Assembly (NCBI GenBank): GCA_030606485.1
Contig: JAUWGH010000002.1
Span: 330,001 to 362,000, forward strand
Reading direction: 5' to 3'
DNA from: Promethearchaeota archaeon
GTDB taxonomy: Archaea > Asgardarchaeota > Lokiarchaeia > Sigyniarchaeales > SOKP01
DNA: 32,000 bases
Positions within the stretch are counted from its first letter, which is position 1. Every line of letters starts with the position of its first letter. The translations under genes were made by a program, and so were the position numbers. This document shows positions 8,834 through 17,385 of this stretch, in pieces. A model generated the notes under the pieces. The model was not told the DNA's origin. It was given only the letters and a program-made list of their open reading frames with translations, and made no database searches.

Positions 8834-9556
8834 ATGGATGATGAAAAACTCAATAAACTTAAATTGTTGGCGGTAATTTTTATTGTTATTTCAGGAATAA
8901 CCCATGTTATTGAGGGTTTCTTAGCAATTGGATTATTAGATCTTTCGGTAACGGTATTTGTGTATAGTTTCTTTCTTATTCCTATAGGTTTTAGGCTATT
9001 AATGCTATTAAAAAAAGAGGAATTAGATGAGAAAAAACAAACTATAATTTTCGCGTCAGTTGTTATTTTTCTTAATGGATGCGCATCCTTAATATTTTTA
9101 ATCACAACAGATGTAGGGCAAAAATTCTTTCTTTATGTTTTTATAGTATGGCATCTAATAGTAGATATTTATGTATTTTCAGTTCTATTTATCTCTAATA
9201 CTATTCTCGATAAAATGGATACTGATGAAAAAATTGGATATTTCTCAAATATTTTAATAAGAGGTTTAGGTTTAAATTATCTTTTTCAAATTCTAGCACA
9301 AATTCTTCCTGGATTATATTACATGATTGTTTATTTGTTAATTTTTGGAATAATAAATTTGATTATAGGTAATTTGTTGTATTTGAAAAAAGAGAATAAA
9401 CAAATTCAGATTTTAAGTATTATTCTTCTTACAATTGGAGGCATTATCGCAGTAATATTACTCATAATCAATACCACGCCAAATTTAATTTTGTTTGTTA
9501 TCTTTCATGTTATAATACTTGTTATTAGAATTTATTATATTAAGAGAAAATTTTAA
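8834..9556 (+). CDS. Hypothetical polytopic membrane protein (about 8 TM), probably two tandem 4-TM repeats
   Basis: About eight hydrophobic segments. The halves begin similarly (MDDEKL / MDTDEKI) and each has a His in its last helix (VWHLI / IFHVI). Confidence 0.7.
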   Translation: MDDEKLNKLKLLAVIFIVISGITHVIEGFLAIGLLDLSVTVFVYSFFLIPIGFRLLMLLKKEELDEKKQTIIFASVVIFLNGCASLIFLITTDVGQKFFLYVFIVWHLIVDIYVFSVLFISNTILDKMDTDEKIGYFSNILIRGLGLNYLFQILAQILPGLYYMIVYLLIFGIINLIIGNLLYLKKENKQIQILSIILLTIGGIIAVILLIINTTPNLILFVIFHVIILVIRIYYIKRKF

Positions 9557-9568
9557 AATAATAAGAGA

Positions 9569-10162
9569 TTAAGAAAAAATTCCACTTAATTTATTTAGTA
9601 GAGTAATAGCTCTTGTGGGATTAAAAATTCCGCACACACAAGGTTTTAATAATTTTTTTGCTGCATTTTCAACAGAAATTTTTCCACTTTTAATTAGTTC
9701 CACATAATATTTTACAGATTGGGGAGATATACAATGATGACCGCACATAGTAGTAATTTCCAATATTTCTTCAGAAGGTAAAAGTCCTTTTCTCCCAAAT
9801 GTACCTAATGAAAGATGTATGGTATGCATTTTCAAACCAGTCTCTTTAACTGCTTCTTGGATTTCGGAAATTAATCCACTAATTACTATCGAAACACCTA
9901 AATCTTCTTGCTTAAGAGTTTGTATAACATTCTTAACCATTTCAATATCAATAAAGGTTGCTGTAATTACTGGAGAAATCTTCCATGCAGGTTTCGGTAT
10001 AATATTTACAGGATTATTTTGATTTAATATTTCAGCTACTCGTAATAGTTTTTGTTTTGCATCCGGGTATTTATCGTTTATTCCAGCTGCAAGCATTGCT
10101 AAGATAATGTAATCACTCTTTAAATCGTTTATTTTTCCCGTTCTATGTAAAGAATGTGTCAC
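9569..10162 (-). CDS. Conserved hypothetical Cys/His-motif protein, partner of the upstream 4Fe-4S protein
   Basis: GTG start with GGAGGA 9 nt upstream. Motifs: MTHSLHR, TTMCGHHC and PCVCGIFNP.RA. It starts 21 nt after the ferredoxin-domain gene. Confidence 0.8.
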   Translation of the reverse strand: MTHSLHRTGKINDLKSDYIILAMLAAGINDKYPDAKQKLLRVAEILNQNNPVNIIPKPAWKISPVITATFIDIEMVKNVIQTLKQEDLGVSIVISGLISEIQEAVKETGLKMHTIHLSLGTFGRKGLLPSEEILEITTMCGHHCISPQSVKYYVELIKSGKISVENAAKKLLKPCVCGIFNPTRAITLLNKLSGIFS

Positions 10163-10171
10163 ATCCCTTGA

Positions 10172-10177
10172 TCCTCC
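10172..10177 (-). promoter_or_regulatory. Shine-Dalgarno site (GGAGGA) for the GTG-initiated gene at 10162
   Basis: Minus strand reads TAA-ATTTAC-GGAGGA-TCAAGGGAT-GTG. Confidence 0.65.
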
Positions 10178-10183
10178 GTAAAT

Positions 10184-10885
10184 TTATACCTTGCCTAAAC
10201 CTATATTAACTTTAGCATTTGGTCTTACTGAAAATTCCTGTTGAGTTAGTAAATCAAGTATTGGAATCGCCCCATCTTTCATTACTTGGGAAATAACACC
10301 TACTGTAAATACGGTATCAATATTTTTTTCTATTTGTTTTATCGCTTGTAAGACCAAAATCGCTTTATTTAAAGGCACTTTAAATTCAATAATTGCAGAA
10401 AGAACACGTTCTTCTTTTATATCTTTCTTAATATGCCCACTATCATCAATTAAAAGTGCTGAAACAGGACTTTCCCTTTCAAAATTTACACCAATAGATG
10501 TTAATTTCGTCGTAAATAATTCTATATTTCCAAGATGAGTTCCTACCCCAGGTCGTCCAATTTCAATAGAAAAACCGATTTCATCCACACCAAAACGATT
10601 GGTTACATCGTTAGTTTTCATCTCTTCTGTCCCTCTTCCGGGTATTCCTGTTAGTCTATGAGTAGAAATTACATCACTAAAGGGACTTCTAATCACTCGA
10701 GGCCATTTTAATCGTCTGGATCTAATTGCATTGACGGGACAATCAGCATTCCTTTTACAAATAGAACATTCTACACAGAGATTCTTATCAATAACTGCAA
10801 TATTATCAATTAATTTGATCGCCTGAACGGGACAAATAATGACGCACTGTCCGCACCCTATACAAAGATCAGCTTTTATTTCCAT
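10184..10885 (-). CDS. 2x[4Fe-4S] ferredoxin-domain protein with a conserved C-terminal domain of unknown function
   Basis: [12 protein letters not shown] and [14 protein letters not shown], followed by the motifs [13 protein letters not shown] and EIGRPGVGT. Confidence 0.85.
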   Translation of the reverse strand: MEIKADLCIGCGQCVIICPVQAIKLIDNIAVIDKNLCVECSICKRNADCPVNAIRSRRLKWPRVIRSPFSDVISTHRLTGIPGRGTEEMKTNDVTNRFGVDEIGFSIEIGRPGVGTHLGNIELFTTKLTSIGVNFERESPVSALLIDDSGHIKKDIKEERVLSAIIEFKVPLNKAILVLQAIKQIEKNIDTVFTVGVISQVMKDGAIPILDLLTQQEFSVRPNAKVNIGLGKV

Positions 10886-10896
10886 TGCATTAATTC

Positions 10897-12195
10897 CTAT
10901 TCTTGCTTTACTTCATTCTTTTTCTTCTGTCTAGATTTAATTTTATCTATGTCTCGAGGCAAAAATTTAAAAATTGGAATTAAAAGTAAATTACTTAATA
11001 AAGCCATAATAGCTAATATAACGTAAGCAGGTCTATATTGATTATTAAAAAATACAAATAGCTGTCCAACCATCAATAAACTTATACTTCGACCAATGGT
11101 GATTGTTAATAAATAATTTAGCGAATAAATAGTTGATCTAATTTGAGGTGGATTAATTTCTCCGAGTGTTGCTTGAGTAAGTGGATCTATACCCCCAAAA
11201 AAGAAAGCACCTGAAATTGTAAGAAGAAGGAATATAATAACCATTAAAATTTCAGTAGATGTAAAAACCAATGAAAATGCTACAATATAAAAAAGTGATC
11301 CAGTTATGAGACAAACCAGAACCATTTTCATTCTTCCTTTTTTGTTTTTTTCATAGCTTTTATCACCAATATATCCGAAAAGGGGTCCACTCGGAATTTG
11401 ACTTCCAAAAATTATAATTAAAAAGATGGTTGCAATTGTGGAGCTAAACTGGTAATCATTTTTCAACATCGCAATCAAAAGGGAGGAAATAGCACCTATT
11501 GCTATAAACATTGCAAAATTAAAACATAATATTAAGAAAATCGATTTAATTTTCCAGATTTGCTTTAAATCTTTAATTCTAATTTTATAACTTAATCCGA
11601 GAAAGCTTTCATCTAAAGTTTCATATAATTTGTCCTTTGCTCCTCTTAATGGTTCTTTAACTGTAAATAATAATATTGAACAAACAAATCCACCAATTGA
11701 AACCACAATAAAAGGTACAATCCATGGACATACCTCAATTAAAAATCCTGAAAGAAATTGACCTAAACCATTACCTAAAACATAAACTGCACTTAATAAG
11801 CCAAATTTTTTCCCTCGTTCTTTCATATCACTTAAATCAACTAATAAAGAGTATGTTAGAGGTATAGCAGCCCCAAAACCTACTGCAGTAATTAGTTGAT
11901 ATATTAATAAAGAATAAAAATCTGTAGCTAAAGTGGTAATAAGGGTAAAAATTGACCATTCTAAAGTAGCAATAATTAATAATATTTTGCGTGAAAATTT
12001 ATCGCCTAGAATTGCCCAAACTAGCGAAGAAACCGCACCAACTATCAAAAACATAGAATTTATATAAATTATTTGTTCTTCACCTGCTAATCCTAAAGCC
12101 AGTGTAATCTCATTAGCCATAGGAGTTAAAATACTAAAAAGAGTTGATGAAAAAAGTATCAATAATACTAAAATAAAAAAAGAATTTTGCTTCAT
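10897..12195 (-). CDS. MFS transporter
   Basis: 12-TM pattern, motif A (LGDKFSRK) and its second-half equivalent (GYIGDK). Confidence 0.93.
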   Translation of the reverse strand: MKQNSFFILVLLILFSSTLFSILTPMANEITLALGLAGEEQIIYINSMFLIVGAVSSLVWAILGDKFSRKILLIIATLEWSIFTLITTLATDFYSLLIYQLITAVGFGAAIPLTYSLLVDLSDMKERGKKFGLLSAVYVLGNGLGQFLSGFLIEVCPWIVPFIVVSIGGFVCSILLFTVKEPLRGAKDKLYETLDESFLGLSYKIRIKDLKQIWKIKSIFLILCFNFAMFIAIGAISSLLIAMLKNDYQFSSTIATIFLIIIFGSQIPSGPLFGYIGDKSYEKNKKGRMKMVLVCLITGSLFYIVAFSLVFTSTEILMVIIFLLLTISGAFFFGGIDPLTQATLGEINPPQIRSTIYSLNYLLTITIGRSISLLMVGQLFVFFNNQYRPAYVILAIMALLSNLLLIPIFKFLPRDIDKIKSRQKKKNEVKQE

Positions 12196-12338
12196 GTTTT
12201 ATAGAATTAATTTTAAACTAATATAAATCTTAATTTTTCAACTTATAATTTCTAGTTTATCTATAAAATTTTCCTTCTTTTTTCCAAATATTAAATCTTG
12301 GATAATAACTTTAAAAAATCAAAAGAAAATAAAATATA

Positions 12339-13097
12339 GTGATGGCAAAGAAAAAATTAGGCAACTTTTATACTGACGAAATTTATTGCGGAAATTCCTT
12401 AGAATTAATGAAAGAAATTCCGAATGAGACGATAGATTTAATTGTCACAGATCCACCTTTTGCAATTAATTTCAAGGCTAAAAAAAATAATTACAATCGA
12501 AAACAAGATAATGTTTTAGAAGGATACAATGAAATTCCTCAAGAAAAATATTATGAATTCACATTTAATTGGATTACGGAATGCTTTCGAATAATAAAAG
12601 AATCAGGTAGTATGTATGTTGTTTCTGGATGGACAAATCTCAAGGATATTTTAAATGCATTGGACGAGATTGGGTTTCTTACGATAAATCATCTTATCTG
12701 GAAATACCAATTTGGAGTATTTACGAAAAGGAAATATGTTACAAGCCATTATCATATATTATTCGTGGTTAAAAATAAAAAAAAATACAAATTCAATAAA
12801 ATTGAGCATTATCCAGAGGATGTATGGATAATAAAAAGAAAATACTGGACTGGAAAAATAAAGACACCCACAAAACTTCCAGTTGAGCTCGTGAAAAAAA
12901 TAATTCTATTCAGTAGTGATAAGAAAGACATAATATTTGATCCATTCATAGGCTCAGGAACCGTAGCTGTTACTGCAAAAACTTTAGGAAGGAGTTATTT
13001 AGGATTTGAAATTGTAAAAGATTATTATGATTTTGCAAAAAAGAGAGTTTCAAATGTACAGATGAGCTTGATTAACTGGGTAAATGATAAATCTTAA
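12339..13097 (+). CDS. Site-specific amino-DNA methyltransferase (N6-adenine/N4-cytosine, beta class), orphan
   Basis: Catalytic motif IV (IVTDPPF) precedes SAM-binding motif I (IFDPFIGSGT); also PTKLP and YLGFEI. The likely start is ATG at 12342. Confidence 0.93.
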   Translation: MMAKKKLGNFYTDEIYCGNSLELMKEIPNETIDLIVTDPPFAINFKAKKNNYNRKQDNVLEGYNEIPQEKYYEFTFNWITECFRIIKESGSMYVVSGWTNLKDILNALDEIGFLTINHLIWKYQFGVFTKRKYVTSHYHILFVVKNKKKYKFNKIEHYPEDVWIIKRKYWTGKIKTPTKLPVELVKKIILFSSDKKDIIFDPFIGSGTVAVTAKTLGRSYLGFEIVKDYYDFAKKRVSNVQMSLINWVNDKS

Positions 13098-13273
13098 GAG
13101 AGAAGAAAATCACAGATTTTATTAGATAATCCTATAATTTTTATACTTTAATTTTATATTGCTTTTATTTTTAAAAGAAAAAAGCATCATTATGAAAATT
13201 AGTAAATTTTAACTCCCATAATAAATATATTTTTTTTCCCTTAGTTTTAATTACACACACATAACCTTAACTA

Positions 13274-13341
13274 AAAAAATTTCCCCAAATTTTTTTATCT
13301 GATATTAAGTCTTATCCTTAACCTTCATGGGGAAGTTTTTT
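13274..13341. repeat. 14-bp inverted repeat with a 40-nt structured spacer between the convergent MTase and nikR-like genes
   Basis: AAAAAATTTCCCCA (13274-13287) and TGGGGAAGTTTTTT (13328-13341) match 13/14; the mismatch is a G.U pair on the + strand. There is an inner TTAAG-N7-CTTAA hairpin. Confidence 0.6.
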
Positions 13342-13378
13342 CTCTTTTTCTTAAATAAATAAGTTTTTTTTGCTAGAT

Positions 13379-13897
13379 TTAGTGTTTGTGCTGATGTTTA
13401 TGTTCTTTTTTTTCTGAAATATCTTTTCCTACTATTGAAAAATCAAAGTTGATTGTACTCTGTAATGATGATAATTGTTTATTCATCTCAAAAATTCTAC
13501 TTTTTGGCCCTTTTACTGCGATTATTAGCAAGCAATTATCATCTTCTAAGTGAATGTGCATCGTTGAGATAATAATATCTTGAAATAAATGTTGGATATC
13601 ATTGCTTTTTATAAAATCAGATTGAACAATGGAAGCATATTTGGGTCCTGTCTCATCTTCAGAGATCTTATCAAAATGCTCATGTCTCAAAATATAAGTA
13701 ATACACCCTACAATATCTCCACCTAAATCCATTTCAGCAACTTTATCTACCATATAAGATTGCATAGCCTTTCGAATAGCATCAGAACGACTCATTCCTA
13801 GAGATTCCCTAAAGTGTTCAAAATCATCGTATAAATCTTTAGGAAGAGAAATTGTAAATCGTTCATAGACTTCTTTCAATTTAAACCCTCTAAACAT
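13379..13897 (-). CDS. nikR: NikR-like nickel-responsive regulator (ribbon-helix-helix plus ACT-like metal-binding domain)
   Basis: RFTISLP.DL...F......LGMSRSDAIRKA (RHH). QH.FQD.IISTMHIHL..DNC keeps the equivalents of E. coli NikR H76/H87/H89/C95. It ends in a His-rich tail. Confidence 0.85.
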   Translation of the reverse strand: MFRGFKLKEVYERFTISLPKDLYDDFEHFRESLGMSRSDAIRKAMQSYMVDKVAEMDLGGDIVGCITYILRHEHFDKISEDETGPKYASIVQSDFIKSNDIQHLFQDIIISTMHIHLEDDNCLLIIAVKGPKSRIFEMNKQLSSLQSTINFDFSIVGKDISEKKEHKHQHKH

Positions 13898-13921
13898 TTT
13901 TTAAAAAAATTAGAAGAATTA

Positions 13922-14653
13922 TTATTTTTTGATTAAAATTGCAATAGGTACAGAGGCTTGACGCCATTGAGCAATTTTGCCAGAATATTTTAAATCCATC
14001 TTAAATCTGCCATGATCTCCCAAAATAATCATTAAGGATTTTTTTCTTAATTGTTTATAAGTACTTAATATCCACTTATCAGTTCTATTAATTAATTTCT
14101 CAAGTAATACTTCTGGGGTTTGTTGTCTTAATTTAGAATGTAGTCGATGCAAAGCCTCAAAATCTAAGTAATGAATCCAACTTAAATCGTATCGGTTTAC
14201 AACCTTAGCAGCTTCAATCCATGAACTCATATCTGTCTCTTTCGGAACAGAGTTTGTCCCGCCATCATACCTATCAAGATCTTTCTTTCTACCTATAAAT
14301 ATTGTCTTTTTTCCTTGATTGTTAATTTCTCTCAATAAATGGAAGCCATTAGGCTCCTTTTCAAACCCTCCAAACATTATTTGATGCAAAAAACCTAAGG
14401 TATATGGATTTTTTGTTGACAATAAAATTAAAGCATCAGAATTTGTAATTATGAATTGTGGTTTAAGAAAAGTTATCTCAAACAAGCCAAAATTATCAAT
14501 TAAATTAATTACTATTCGTTCAATTCCTTTAAAATGCTCTATGATTTCACTTACTGGTTCATTTATAAAAGATGGGGGTTCAAGTCCCAATATTTTTAAA
14601 ATTGTGCTCGGTAATTGTGATAAATAACATTTATAACTTTCTAATTCACTCAT
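13922..14653 (-). CDS. Small alkaline-phosphatase-superfamily protein (nucleotide pyrophosphatase/PglZ-like core)
   Basis: LIDNFG, HYLDFEALH and IILGDHG correspond to the metal-binding segments of the AP fold. It lies 24 nt upstream of the nikR-like gene. Confidence 0.6.
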   Translation of the reverse strand: MSELESYKCYLSQLPSTILKILGLEPPSFINEPVSEIIEHFKGIERIVINLIDNFGLFEITFLKPQFIITNSDALILLSTKNPYTLGFLHQIMFGGFEKEPNGFHLLREINNQGKKTIFIGRKKDLDRYDGGTNSVPKETDMSSWIEAAKVVNRYDLSWIHYLDFEALHRLHSKLRQQTPEVLLEKLINRTDKWILSTYKQLRKKSLMIILGDHGRFKMDLKYSGKIAQWRQASVPIAILIKK

Positions 14654-14890
14654 TTTCTATTTTGGGGAATATATGTAATAATAGAATTATAAAATTAAAT
14701 TCAAATTATTTATGAAATATATAGATTTTTGGAATATTAAATTTAATGAAAATTTATTGGTTAATTCATTTAAAAGATTCTATAGCAAGATTGAAACTAA
14801 AAAATTTTAAGAAACTTCTGAAATTAATGAGAAAAAAAAAATAGAGAAATTTTAATAATTCTATTTAGCAAGAATTTCTTATTAAAATTA

Positions 14891-15418
14891 TTAGTTGATA
14901 TGAAATTTTTTTAGTAAATATTCATTTCTATCGAGTTCTTCACTGAATTCTTCAAGTTTTTTGATTTCCCAAGCAATTTTATTTATTTTTTCTTGATTGC
15001 TTAATTCTTGATATATATCTAATGCTCGTCGATAATAGTCAATAGCAAATTCATATTTGCCTAATATTGCAAAGTCACTGGCAATATATTCTATACTCTC
15101 CGCTTCACCCAGTTCATCTCCAAGTTCTTTATGAATTTTCATTGCCTGTTGATAAGATTGCAATCCTTTTGCAAAATCTTTCCTAATTGCATGGATTTGT
15201 CCTAAATTTTTTAATACCTCAGCTTCAAGATTTTTATCTGCTTCCTTTCTTGAATAATTCAACATCTCTGTTAATAAAGTTAGTAATTTATTGCTATCTC
15301 TCTTAGAGTGGACAAATTCCATTGCCATATTGAAGTATTCAAGAGATTTTGTAATATCCTTTTTGTGAAAAAATTCTAAGCTCTTTTCGTATAGATTTGG
15401 TAGATTTGCTGTGGTCAT
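14891..15418 (-). CDS. Tetratricopeptide repeat protein
   Basis: TPR-like helices: EAEVLKNLGQIH...KDFAKGLQSYQQAMKI and EAESIEYIAS.F...GKYEFAIDYYRRALDI. Confidence 0.85.
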   Translation of the reverse strand: MTTANLPNLYEKSLEFFHKKDITKSLEYFNMAMEFVHSKRDSNKLLTLLTEMLNYSRKEADKNLEAEVLKNLGQIHAIRKDFAKGLQSYQQAMKIHKELGDELGEAESIEYIASDFAILGKYEFAIDYYRRALDIYQELSNQEKINKIAWEIKKLEEFSEELDRNEYLLKKFHIN

Positions 15419-15725
15419 TTAAAGCTTCAACCATCTTATGCAAAAAAGTTATGTTTTAATTTGATTTCTTAGATCATTTTTTGATACATAACAAAATGAG
15501 TATCTAAAAAATTTATAGTAAAAAGAATATATAAATTTATCTAGATAACTGTTTATACAAAAAACTTTATTAAAAAATGATAATCAAAAAACCATTAAAC
15601 TTAAGAACTTAACCCTAACACTGAATTAGATTAATATTAGAAAATATTAATTTAGTTTTAATTGAGAAGAGGAATAGAATGTTTTCCTAATAAAATAGTA
15701 AAAACAGAATATCTTTAAATAAGAA

Positions 15726-16754
15726 TTATTTAAATTTTGAGCTCGATTTTCTATATCCTAAATCCATTAACATACCAAAAACAAGAGCTACAAGCATATT
15801 AGAGAATACTGGATGCGTAATATCAAATGTTTCAGACCTCTTTTTGAAATAAGGACCAATTTTATCTACAATATAACGGGTCTCAGGTCTTTCATTATAA
15901 AATTTGATAATTAAAGACCTGTATTCTCTTGTAAACGATTGATCTTCTAAAAGTATCTCTTCGACATTTTCTTTTTTATTTAAAAATCCAAAATGAGAGA
16001 ACCCACATGAGCTTGCTCCTAAGGAGATTATATTTGCTAATGATTCCATATAATCTTGATAATTATATAGGGGAGGCATTGATGTTGGAAGTGTTACCAA
16101 TTTAGAAGAATGATATAAAGTTCCTCCTGCTTCTCCTAAAAAAATAAAATCAACATCACCATCCTTTATGATTGCAGGACATACATGATCTGGAGTATGA
16201 CCAGGAGAATTAAACAAACCTAATTCATACGTATGCCCATTAAAATCGGTTAGATGGATTAAAGCCTCATTTTTATTGAACTTAGCAAAATCCATAATTG
16301 GAGATACAATCTTAAATGCCTCATCGGGAATAGGATTCATTTCACCTACCAGATCACCAAATGTGCTTCTTCCACGTGCCATATGCCAATCTGAATCATT
16401 TAAATAACCTTTTGTTTTTTCATTTGCCAAAATTTTCACATCAGGGTTTTCTTTAGAAATTATTTTATAAATTTTCCAACCCCCTCCAAAGTGGTCAAAA
16501 TGATGATGAGTAGGAACTAAATATTTAAAACTTGAAAGTGGGAGATTATTTAGTTTAAAATATTCTAAAACTTTTTTAACATCATCACTTGTTCCTACAT
16601 CAAGAAGAACGCTGATATTATTAAGATTAAAAATGAAAATACTTAACGTTCGTCTTGCACCATATTGACGCATATCAACATGATGCAAATATTCATTAAC
16701 TTTCTTTGATTCAAGAATTAAATCTTCTCTCTGAAACATAATTAGAATACGCAA
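15726..16754 (-). CDS. Metallo-beta-lactamase fold hydrolase
   Basis: LLDVG, THHHFDHFGG (HxHxDH), SPGHTPDH, FLGEA and FSHFG. The likely start is ATG at 16739. Confidence 0.9.
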   Translation of the reverse strand: MRILIMFQREDLILESKKVNEYLHHVDMRQYGARRTLSIFIFNLNNISVLLDVGTSDDVKKVLEYFKLNNLPLSSFKYLVPTHHHFDHFGGGWKIYKIISKENPDVKILANEKTKGYLNDSDWHMARGRSTFGDLVGEMNPIPDEAFKIVSPIMDFAKFNKNEALIHLTDFNGHTYELGLFNSPGHTPDHVCPAIIKDGDVDFIFLGEAGGTLYHSSKLVTLPTSMPPLYNYQDYMESLANIISLGASSCGFSHFGFLNKKENVEEILLEDQSFTREYRSLIIKFYNERPETRYIVDKIGPYFKKRSETFDITHPVFSNMLVALVFGMLMDLGYRKSSSKFK

Positions 16755-16831
16755 ACATTGAATATTAACGTTATTTTTTTAAAATATGAAAAGGATCTGA
16801 TATATAACGGTTAAAGAGAGATTGTATTTTC

Positions 16832-17305
16832 ATGAAAATCTACGAGATACCCAATTATAAAAGATTAGAAATAAAGAACATCCTATTAGATATAAATGGA
16901 ACTATCCAATTTAATGGAAAGATTTCGGTAGAATTAAAGCAAAAAATAATGGAATTGAAACAAAAATTTAAAATTATTTTAATTTCCGCTGATACAAGAG
17001 GTAATTTGAAAGAAATCGCATCCGAGTTAGATTTAAATTATGAAAAATTGACTGAAAATCGACCAGAACGAGAACAAAAGGGGAAAATTGTCGATAAATA
17101 CAATAAAGAAAACACAATTGCAATAGGAAATGGAAATAATGATGAATTAATGTTAAAAAAAGCAGCTTTAGGCATTGCAATTATTGGTTCAGAAGGCGTA
17201 TCAATAAAAGCAATTAATTCCGCCGATATTATTGTAACCAATCCAATTGACGCAATTGATTTAATTTTAGATGAGAAAAAATTAATTGCCACATTGAGGA
17301 GTTAA
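16832..17305 (+). CDS. HAD-superfamily hydrolase, soluble P-type-ATPase-like (COG4087-type)
   Basis: LLDINGT, ISADT.G, QK, AIGNGNND.LMLKKA.LGIAI...EG. Confidence 0.88.
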   Translation: MKIYEIPNYKRLEIKNILLDINGTIQFNGKISVELKQKIMELKQKFKIILISADTRGNLKEIASELDLNYEKLTENRPEREQKGKIVDKYNKENTIAIGNGNNDELMLKKAALGIAIIGSEGVSIKAINSADIIVTNPIDAIDLILDEKKLIATLRS

Positions 17306-17385
17306 CAGCTATAAATGAACATTATCGCTTGTTAATTTGGTTTTCTAAGAATTAAAAAAAAAAGGAGTTTATAAACTCAATTTAT

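Noticed and set aside
6167-10022. ORFs at 6167-6544, 7506-7982, 8205-8426, 8803-9105 and 9819-10022
   Set aside because: All lie antisense to well-supported genes and have shadow-type composition.
16974-17292. Minus-strand ORFs at 16974-17180 and 17038-17292
   Set aside because: Antisense to the HAD gene.
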